A stretch of 53,365 nt of DNA. Source: a virus (taxonomy: Duplodnaviria > Caudoviricetes). Positions 46,741-53,365 of this stretch are shown here, piece by piece. Each line of letters begins with the position of its first letter. The stretch's first letter is position 1. The stretch is from positions 1-53,365 of the IMG/VR virus record IMGVR_UViG_3300025674_000056; one strand, given 5' to 3'. Under the pieces are notes generated by a model. That model saw only the letters and a program-made list of their open reading frames with translations, was not told the origin of the DNA and did no database searches. A program made the position numbers and the translations under genes.

Positions 46741-47617
46741 ACTCGTCGCTGTAGAAGGTCTGCTCAAGAACCTGATACTTAACCTCTACAATGTAGTCGC
46801 CCTTCTCCAATGCGGCGGTATTCCACGTATACAGGAGAGTGTTGTCGGAACTGATGTCTACGCCTGAGGAAGTCCAGTCTAGAACAGTGCTGATCTCTCC
46901 TGAGGTATAGGGGTTGCGCTTACGGATCCTAATCTCCCCGTTCGTAAGAATGCTGTCCCTGAAGATCTCCTTCAGATCCCTAGACATATTGCGGTTAGCT
47001 ACAAAGGTGTCGGTGGTAACTCGCAGGGTTACAATAGAGCTTAGTTCCACGTACTTCTGAGTAAGTTTGCTCTTTGTTGTGATCTGGTATGGCTCTGTGA
47101 AGGTTACAACACGATCATTGAAAACCGTAAACTTGTTCCAATACAGCTTGTACCCTGCGGATGCGTCCGTGGCTGAGAAGTCCCGAACAAGCCATGCATC
47201 AAAGTATTCTCCATCAGAAATGCCTAGGGAAGAATACTCAGGAAAGAAAGATCCGTCCGCGATGATTGAATACTTACCCTCATCAACTTTGTAAATGGCA
47301 CTTGCACCCAAACCGCCATCTGGCGCAGTGTAGTCGGACACAGAGGAGATAGTTGTGTAGGTGGCGACTACGGACGACAGGCCAGTTTCGTTCAGTTTCC
47401 CGTATGCCGACGTTCCGACATCGCTCGCCGTGCGGTTGATATAGACATCAGGAGAGCCGTTAGTAGTACCAGTGTCAGGTAGAATGTAGCACGCACTAAT
47501 CTCGTCAGGGTCAAAGTAAGTTCCGTTATTGGTGAAGTACATCTCCAACTGAGTACGCTGGAGAATACTTGGACGGTTATACCGCTTGACTACAGAGTAT
47601 CCGTTGAAGCTTGCCAT
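46721..47617 (-). CDS. Hypothetical beta-rich virion protein (C-terminal Ig-like pattern)
   Basis: Ser/Thr/Tyr-rich like the other structural genes. 'LLYTWNT..LEKGDYIVEVKY' is Ig-like. CTAGATA motif upstream. Confidence 0.6.
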   Translation of the reverse strand: MASFNGYSVVKRYNRPSILQRTQLEMYFTNNGTYFDPDEISACYILPDTGTTNGSPDVYINRTASDVGTSAYGKLNETGLSSVVATYTTISSVSDYTAPDGGLGASAIYKVDEGKYSIIADGSFFPEYSSLGISDGEYFDAWLVRDFSATDASAGYKLYWNKFTVFNDRVVTFTEPYQITTKSKLTQKYVELSSIVTLRVTTDTFVANRNMSRDLKEIFRDSILTNGEIRIRKRNPYTSGEISTVLDWTSSGVDISSDNTLLYTWNTAALEKGDYIVEVKYQVLEQTFYSDEFNLVLR

Positions 47618-47622
47618 ACTAA

Positions 47623-47629
47623 TATCTAG
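47623..47629 (-). promoter_or_regulatory. Late-promoter-like motif CTAGATA
   Basis: 5 nt upstream of ATG 47617. Overlaps the TAG stop of the gp51-like ORF. Confidence 0.4.
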
Positions 47630-47817
47630 CGTTTACCGCTGGATTGAATCTTTTTCAAGTCCTCTTTTTGCTTCTCATTTTCCTGTTGAAGGATCTCTAA
47701 GAAGGCTAGGCGCTCTAAAAAAGTTAGCTGACAGACATCCCTGAAACTGAACCCGATATGCTTTACTAGAACATATGCTTGGTGTTCGAGTCCCTGGTCA
47801 CCCCACTGCGCTGTCAA
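47626..47817 (-). CDS. gp51: Baseplate hub assembly protein (gp51-like); probably reached by -1 frameshift from gp26
   Basis: 'YVLVKHIGFSFRDVCQLTFLERLAFLEILQQENEKQ' matches the gp51/GT-chaperone pattern. No ATG, only a TTG overlapping the gp26 stop. Confidence 0.7.
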   Translation of the reverse strand: MTAQWGDQGLEHQAYVLVKHIGFSFRDVCQLTFLERLAFLEILQQENEKQKEDLKKIQSSGKR

Positions 47818-48653
47818 CTCGCGGTAAAAAAATTGGATGTGAGTTCGATCGGCACCCTGTTCTTAGTTCCGCATGCGTTGCAAGAGTAGAAGAAGTGGTT
47901 CTCCATTCCGTACTTAGGACTGAAGATGTGAGTTCTAATCATGTCCACATCTCGAACGGTAGTTTTCTGAATGAAGGCTTCGATGACCGTCTTGTCGCTC
48001 ACACCTGCGATATTATGAATGAACATATGCATGTTCTCGTGCATCTTATCAATCGTATCGACAAGATGCATATCCTGAGTTCGTGGAAGCTTGATCTGGA
48101 TCTCTTGCTGCGAATCGGGAAGAACAAAACGCATATGCTCTTCTTTAAGGGGCGTGGTTTTGAGAGTGTTGATCGAAAGGTCTAGCTTACTTCTAGTCCC
48201 ACAGTTCTCACAGTCGTGCTCCAGGGTGTAGGTATCACCGTATGAAATTCCTCGAAGACGGTACAGTACATAAAGCTTATCCTCGGGCGTCATCTCCGAA
48301 ACGTCAATACCTCGAATACAGTTACGAAGAAGTTTCTCTAGAGTGCCCTCTGCATCGCGGCTTCCTTGTGTTGATTTAAGCATGCGCTCATCATCAAATG
48401 TGATAGGACGAATATCTACGACCTTTTGGGCTTCGGGGTATAGGAGACCTTGCGAAGGTAGCTCCACCTGAATCCACCGCATCTTATCGGTGACGTTCTG
48501 AAGAAGCTTCTCAAGAATCTCTTCAGTGTGGCGATCGGCGGGCATAGCTTCCGCCATAACCGCAGCCTTTTGAGCCACTTCGGCACTCTCAGGGGCGTTA
48601 GAAGCCTGAGCTTGGTGATGTTTTACAAGGTCAACAATTGATTCGTCACTCAT
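47814..48653 (-). CDS. gp26: Baseplate hub / tail assembly chaperone (T4 gp26-like)
   Basis: 'VELPSQG..Y', 'IRPIT..DE', 'DKLYVLYRLRGISYG', two CxxC motifs (CENC, CNAC) and terminal 'NFF'. Confidence 0.85.
   Translation of the reverse strand: MSDESIVDLVKHHQAQASNAPESAEVAQKAAVMAEAMPADRHTEEILEKLLQNVTDKMRWIQVELPSQGLLYPEAQKVVDIRPITFDDERMLKSTQGSRDAEGTLEKLLRNCIRGIDVSEMTPEDKLYVLYRLRGISYGDTYTLEHDCENCGTRSKLDLSINTLKTTPLKEEHMRFVLPDSQQEIQIKLPRTQDMHLVDTIDKMHENMHMFIHNIAGVSDKTVIEAFIQKTTVRDVDMIRTHIFSPKYGMENHFFYSCNACGTKNRVPIELTSNFFTAS
47826..47832 (-). other. Slippery heptamer T TTT TTT (candidate programmed -1 ribosomal frameshift)
   Basis: gp26 ends AAT TTT TTT ACC GCG AGT TGA. The -1 frame (TTT TTT TAC CGC GAG TTG ACA...) is continuous with the gp51-like ORF. 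Confidence 0.65.
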
Positions 48654-48691
48654 GGTAAAAAAATAAAGTTTTGGACTATAATAGTTACGAT

Positions 48692-50026
48692 TTGAAGATT
48701 ATCGTAAAAAATGTGAGTTCTTTGCTGCAAACTACAAACAAAGAACTACTTACCATCCTTCGCAAGAAGTACAGTGCCAAGATTCCTGGCGCTAGGTATA
48801 GCCGAGCTTATCGGAAGGGCTGGGACGGTACGAAGTATTTTATTTCAGAGAAAGGTAAGTTTGGAACAGGTCTACTGCCATTCATTCTCAAGGACCTAGA
48901 ATTGGCCGAGCTTGATTACGAGCTTGAAGATCACCGAGATCCTGTAGTAGATAGTCACGATATCGCCCTACCTAAAATTGAGTACCGAGACTACCAAAAG
49001 TCCTTAATTGAATTGGCGCTCAAGAAGCGTATGGCGCTCATCAAGGCTCCTACAGGCGCGGGCAAGACTGTTGTCCTGGCAGGCATCCTGAAGGCGTTAG
49101 AGGACAAGACGGGGCTGATCTTCTTCACCCAGAAGGGTCTACTACTACAGACGTATGAGTTCCTCAAGAACCTAGGCTTCGATGTGGGGGTTGCCTTTGG
49201 CGACGGGGTAGAACTCAAACCAATCACGCTCTGCACCGTCCAATCCGTACATAAAGTTCTCGACAGCCACCTCGATCAATCTGAGTTCATTATCTTTGAT
49301 GAGGTTCATGAGTTCGCCAAAGGTAAGATTTCTACCAAGGTGGTCAAGTCGTTTCCCAATGCAGTGTATCGGTTTGGCATGTCTGCGACGATGCCTAGCG
49401 AGAAAATGGCGAAGCTGAACCTTGTAGCCTACCTTGGGGATATCATCTCTCAGGTGGACGTAGAGAAGCTTGTGGACGAAGGATTCCTCACACCTCCAGT
49501 GGTTACGTTTCTGGACCTTCCTGAGTACAAGGATCATTCGCTCCTTGACGCTAAGTATGCAGATATCTACGAACAGTACATCGTCAACAACGAGATTCGT
49601 AACGAGAAGATCAAGAAGATCTGCGACGGAATCACCAAAGGTCGTATCCTGATCCTGGTCAAGAACCTTAAGCACTTGGAGCTTCTACGTGATATGATCC
49701 CAGGAGCACAAACTCTTGAAGGCAAGGATGACCTATCTCTTCGAAGTGAGCGTATTAAAGGCTTCAAGGGGGAGGCACGTTCAGTTCTGATCGGCACCAA
49801 GATTCTTCAAACTGGTATCGACATCCCAGAGATCACTCACCTCATCAACGCACGAGGTCTCAAGTCCGAGATCGCCACTCTACAGGCACTTGGTCGTGCT
49901 CTTCGTATTCATGAAAGCAAGAGTAAAGTCTACATTTACGACTTCAACGACCAAGTACCGTATCTAAAGGAGCACGCAGCAGCACGCAAGCGCGCATACA
50001 AATCTCTCAAGATTGAAGTAAAATGA
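48692..50026 (+). CDS. uvsW: SF2 DNA helicase (UvsW-like)
   Basis: YRDYQ, APTGAGKT, DEVH, SAT, TGIDIP and QALGRALR, plus N-terminal 'Y..GWDG'. Start is probably TTG 48692, just after TATAAT; the ORF track gives 48671. Confidence 0.88.
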   Translation: MKIIVKNVSSLLQTTNKELLTILRKKYSAKIPGARYSRAYRKGWDGTKYFISEKGKFGTGLLPFILKDLELAELDYELEDHRDPVVDSHDIALPKIEYRDYQKSLIELALKKRMALIKAPTGAGKTVVLAGILKALEDKTGLIFFTQKGLLLQTYEFLKNLGFDVGVAFGDGVELKPITLCTVQSVHKVLDSHLDQSEFIIFDEVHEFAKGKISTKVVKSFPNAVYRFGMSATMPSEKMAKLNLVAYLGDIISQVDVEKLVDEGFLTPPVVTFLDLPEYKDHSLLDAKYADIYEQYIVNNEIRNEKIKKICDGITKGRILILVKNLKHLELLRDMIPGAQTLEGKDDLSLRSERIKGFKGEARSVLIGTKILQTGIDIPEITHLINARGLKSEIATLQALGRALRIHESKSKVYIYDFNDQVPYLKEHAAARKRAYKSLKIEVK

Positions 50027-50253
50027 TTAAAAACAAAGACGATTTTATTAAGTCCCTTAGCAGACTTCGCCCCGAAGACGAAGATGATCTTAAGTTCGCG
50101 ATTGACCGTGTACAAAAAATCATCGACTCTTCTAGCGTATCAGAAGAGTCGATGAAAGAATTATATAATACTGTTCAGCTACTGCTAAGTGTGTATGGTA
50201 AATTTGTTACATACAATATCTTGTGGTTGAAACAGGGGTATATGGAAGATTAA
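50023..50253 (+). CDS. Small helical protein coupled to the helicase (positional analogue of T4 UvsW.1)
   Basis: ATGA overlap with the helicase stop, 76 aa. Homology not established. Confidence 0.6.
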   Translation: MIKNKDDFIKSLSRLRPEDEDDLKFAIDRVQKIIDSSSVSEESMKELYNTVQLLLSVYGKFVTYNILWLKQGYMED

Positions 50254-51929
50254 GCTTCTTCGTCGGGCGACTCGGGGTCATACTCTTCTTCTTCCTTAGA
50301 AAGGGCTTCCCAATCAATATCCTTAAACAGACCTTCTAACTCTTTCATTAGATCGGTCATATCTTCGTCCCCAAGACCCATTCCCGTATCGGCTTCAGGC
50401 TCTTGAGGCTCTTCAGCCTCGTCGGTGCGGGTTTTATCATCTACGTCGTCTTCTTTTTCCATCTTCTTCTTTCCAACCTTCTTCTTACCCATCGCCTTGC
50501 CGATTGCATTACGGCGGTTCTTTAGGTACTTGTCTGTGGAATCGGAATCCCCATCGTTATCCATGTCTGCGTCACCTTTACCAACGGGATCTAGAGAGTC
50601 ATCCGTGGTGGCACCGTCGTCATCGGTCGGGTTTTTGGCCTTTTTCTTGTCCTTTGCTTCAAGAATACTCTCTACCACGGTATCGAGATCGACAGCCTTG
50701 AAAAGCTCTCCGTCAAGCTCAACTTCAGCCGCCTGGAAGACTTCGAAGATAAAGTCGTTTACGTCGAGGGTTTGAATACCTCCCTTCTTGCGAAGAGTTT
50801 TGGAGAAAGCTTCGAACACATCACGGACAACACTATCTTTCTCGGAAGTAGCAGCGAGCGCCTCGAAGAGAACGGATTGAGCCTTGGCAAGGTTGCTGAA
50901 GGTAGGGACGAACTTTAGGTTCTGGACGTTGATGCCGTAAGACTCGTTAAGCTCGGAGAGGATGTCCTGCTTGATGGGCTTCTTGAACTCGAAGATGCGA
51001 GCCACGTACTCGCGAATGTCCTTCTGGGAGATGTTGGCTACATCAGACGCCTCGTAGATTGAACCGAAGACCGTCTTGATATCAGCCTTGGAAGCAAGTG
51101 CAAGGTACGGGACATCAGCAATCGCAGCGTGAAGAGCTTCGAGAACAACGTCGTCCTCGTTGTAGATGCAGGAAGCGAGGGCAGCGATCTTGTCGTTCTT
51201 GACCCAGGACCCCGCAAAGTTCTCCTTGGACTCGTTTAGTTCGTGGCGAATAAGCTCTTGAGCGCAAACCATCTCGAATACGGTGCGTTGTGTATCGAGA
51301 GGAACTTCAATAACACTTTCTTTTACGACCTCATCCCAACCACGACGGGGAGTGTTGAAGGCGCGTCCTAGGGCATTGGACAGCTTGAGGGAGTTTACAA
51401 CGTCCTCATAAGAAAGAAGAGTATCCTTTTTTTCATTAAGATACTCCGTAACCTTGTCTTTGACCTCTTGTAATTTGGCATACTCCGCGCTCTCAAGAAT
51501 ATTCTGGGTATCACCAAATGTGGAGTTACGACGCTCAAGTTTTGCGCGAACTTCGTTTACCTGACTGCGGCTTTGGAAAGCGCCAAGCAGGGTGTCGAAG
51601 CTGGACTCGGCATCGCGATATTCGTCCTCGCGAAGGTTGCTGATAAACGAGCGAACGCTCTCATTCACTCGGGTATCGACGCTTTCGTCCGAGTAGAGCA
51701 CTGCCGCATCGTTGACCGACATGTCCTGTAATGAAATGTTGCCGCGCTCGTCAAAGGCGGCAACACAATCTACCATCAGGTTGTTTTCAGTCAGGAAGGA
51801 GACTTTAGAGGTCCGTGCGTCGTAGTTAAAGAGAACCATGTTCTCACGAACGACACGGCTTAAATAATTCATTGCCATGTTGATTTTGGCAATAGATTGA
51901 TCGCGTGTGGAGAAAGTGTTTGTAACCAT
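50250..51929 (-). CDS. Acidic head-associated hypothetical protein with DxDxDG motif
   Basis: Follows the portal gene. Many L-x-E motifs and 'LDPVGKGDADMDNDGDSDSTDKYLKNRRNAIGKAM'. ATG 51929 preferred over TTG 51938. Confidence 0.65.
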   Translation of the reverse strand: MVTNTFSTRDQSIAKINMAMNYLSRVVRENMVLFNYDARTSKVSFLTENNLMVDCVAAFDERGNISLQDMSVNDAAVLYSDESVDTRVNESVRSFISNLREDEYRDAESSFDTLLGAFQSRSQVNEVRAKLERRNSTFGDTQNILESAEYAKLQEVKDKVTEYLNEKKDTLLSYEDVVNSLKLSNALGRAFNTPRRGWDEVVKESVIEVPLDTQRTVFEMVCAQELIRHELNESKENFAGSWVKNDKIAALASCIYNEDDVVLEALHAAIADVPYLALASKADIKTVFGSIYEASDVANISQKDIREYVARIFEFKKPIKQDILSELNESYGINVQNLKFVPTFSNLAKAQSVLFEALAATSEKDSVVRDVFEAFSKTLRKKGGIQTLDVNDFIFEVFQAAEVELDGELFKAVDLDTVVESILEAKDKKKAKNPTDDDGATTDDSLDPVGKGDADMDNDGDSDSTDKYLKNRRNAIGKAMGKKKVGKKKMEKEDDVDDKTRTDEAEEPQEPEADTGMGLGDEDMTDLMKELEGLFKDIDWEALSKEEEEYDPESPDEEA

Positions 51930-51954
51930 AATATACAAAAGCCCTAGGTATCCT

Positions 51955-51961
51955 TATGTAG
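51955..51961 (-). promoter_or_regulatory. Late-promoter-like motif CTACATA
   Basis: Intergenic, 25 nt upstream of ATG 51929. Confidence 0.5.
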
Positions 51962-51999
51962 GAGACCTATTCTGCATTTTTTAAAAAAATATGGTTTTT

Positions 52000-53365
52000 T
52001 TACTTAGGCTCTTTGGGAGGTTCGTCAGCTTCCTCGTCCCCCGCCTCTTCTTCTCCTTTAGGGGGAGGGGGAGGCGCTCCAGCGGGACCTGACGGGACGG
52101 GGGGACCGCCAGCCCCAGGAGCACCTCCCATTTGATTTTGCGCTTGCTCTTCGGTTTGCTTCTTGACGCGGTCTTTCATTTCCTGAACCTGAGCGTCAGT
52201 CATGTTGAAGTATTCTTTGTATAGATACTCGTCATCGAAAAGCTGAAGACCTTTTACAGCCTGAACAATTCGAACCTTTTGCTCGTCAACCTCAAGACGC
52301 CGCTTCTCGAACATATCAGAAGGCGAAGTAAGTTTGATATCAACTGATTCGATCAGGCTTTTCGGCATACCGACAAGCGTAAGATGGCGCTTGAGCAGAA
52401 CGTTGAGACCAAGCTCTACATCACGCTGCAACCGCTGAACAGCCTTGGCAAACTTAACGTCAAGCTGAGATAGGTTTGCTTTACGTTCAGGGGACTTGTC
52501 CTTCTCTACGATGAAGTCCTTCGGAATCTTCAAAGCAGCGAGAAGCTTGTCGCGGAAGTACTTAACGTCGTCGGTTTCGCCCAGGTTCTGAGCACCAGGA
52601 AGAACGTCAATTTTGGTTCCCTGACCGTTACGAATCGGAATAAAGAAGTCCTCTTCTACGGTTAGCGGATTGTACTGGTAGTCGATACTGTTTGTACCTG
52701 CATTCCACATCGGCTGCTTCTTGAACTTGGCTTTGATTCGCTCTACGAAAGCCTCGACCTTGGACTGAGGGAGGTTACCTGTTTCGAGGTAAAAAGCACG
52801 GCGTTCAGGTGCGCGTTGAATCCGATAAATAAGCATCGCATCTTCCATCATCATAAGAGACTTGAAGATGCGAACAGCGTATGCGAGGACGCCTTTTCCG
52901 TAGGGATAATAATCCGAATCAGAGGTCATTCGACGGAAGTGAACAATCTGATCTTTGTTTAGTTTGATGATGTTCTTTTTCTTCTTGTCGGGAATGAACG
53001 TCTGAGAGGCGTCGGTCGCGGATCGACGACTAGGAATCTCTTGCAGGAACTCTTTCAGGTAACCGTATTTATCCTCTACACGGAAGATGTAGTTAGGATT
53101 GAGAACCTTGAGCCTCATGATACCCTTCTCGATATTGTTTAGGTCCACAACGTTTTCAACAAAGCAATCACCGTACTTAGCAACGTTACGAACAATATCC
53201 CAGATGTGCTTATCAAGACGGCACTGCTTGATGAAACGATCTACTTCGCGCTTGAGAACTTGGTTATCCGTGTTTAACTCAAACAGTTCCTGGCGAGTGT
53301 TCTCCTGGGTCGCGTCATCGGAATAGATATCAAGAGCCGCTCCAACTTCAGCCTCTTGATCCATG
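52000..53365 (-). CDS. gp20: Portal vertex protein (T4 gp20 family), 5' truncated by window edge
   Basis: MMEDAMLIYRIQRAPERRAFY..GNLP..K, EDFFIP.R...GT.I..LPG.QNLGE..DV.YF..KL..ALKIP and KF.K...RLQ. The first Met in the window falls inside the conserved N-terminal helix, so the true start is upstream. Confidence 0.96.
   Translation of the reverse strand, partial: MDQEAEVGAALDIYSDDATQENTRQELFELNTDNQVLKREVDRFIKQCRLDKHIWDIVRNVAKYGDCFVENVVDLNNIEKGIMRLKVLNPNYIFRVEDKYGYLKEFLQEIPSRRSATDASQTFIPDKKKKNIIKLNKDQIVHFRRMTSDSDYYPYGKGVLAYAVRIFKSLMMMEDAMLIYRIQRAPERRAFYLETGNLPQSKVEAFVERIKAKFKKQPMWNAGTNSIDYQYNPLTVEEDFFIPIRNGQGTKIDVLPGAQNLGETDDVKYFRDKLLAALKIPKDFIVEKDKSPERKANLSQLDVKFAKAVQRLQRDVELGLNVLLKRHLTLVGMPKSLIESVDIKLTSPSDMFEKRRLEVDEQKVRIVQAVKGLQLFDDEYLYKEYFNMTDAQVQEMKDRVKKQTEEQAQNQMGGAPGAGGPPVPSGPAGAPPPPPKGEEEAGDEEADEPPKEPK

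Noticed and set aside
1-53365. tRNAs, introns, inteins, alternative genetic code
   Set aside because: Intergenic gaps are under 90 nt with no cloverleaf seen. Conserved genes are uninterrupted and full length under the standard code, and TAA, TAG and TGA all occur as stops.

Overview
This window is a 53 kb segment of a T4-like myovirus genome containing most of the virion morphogenesis module, almost all on the minus strand. In transcription order it reads: portal (gp20, 5' truncated), acidic head-associated protein, [plus strand: UvsW-like helicase and small ORF], gp26/gp51-like chaperones, hypothetical protein, [plus strand: primase], Cas4/RecB-like nuclease, gp2-like end protector, tape measure, tube initiator, gp53, hub, central spike, LamG protein, gp25, gp6, gp7/gpI-like wedge, a set of fibre/appendage genes, glycine-zipper lipoprotein, core proteins, gp21, gp22, gp23, gp13, gp14, gp15, sheath gp18, tube gp19, and a large ORF missing from the ORF track that runs off the left edge. 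The main observations are: (1) tandem paralogous beta-helix-like fibre proteins, each with a Cys cluster and a mucin-like Thr/Pro insert at the same site, of very different length (about 150 aa vs about 38 aa); (2) a central spike whose HxH apex is followed by an SGNH/CE6-type esterase domain; (3) a T TTT TTT slippery site that would fuse gp26 to gp51 by -1 frameshift, like lambda G/GT; (4) a recurrent CTA-N-ATA late-promoter-like motif, once inside a terminator hairpin; (5) divergent primase and nuclease genes whose likely start codons share one CATG; (6) a u-spanin-like lipoprotein. All calls come from motif recognition by eye. No database searches were run and the host cannot be determined.
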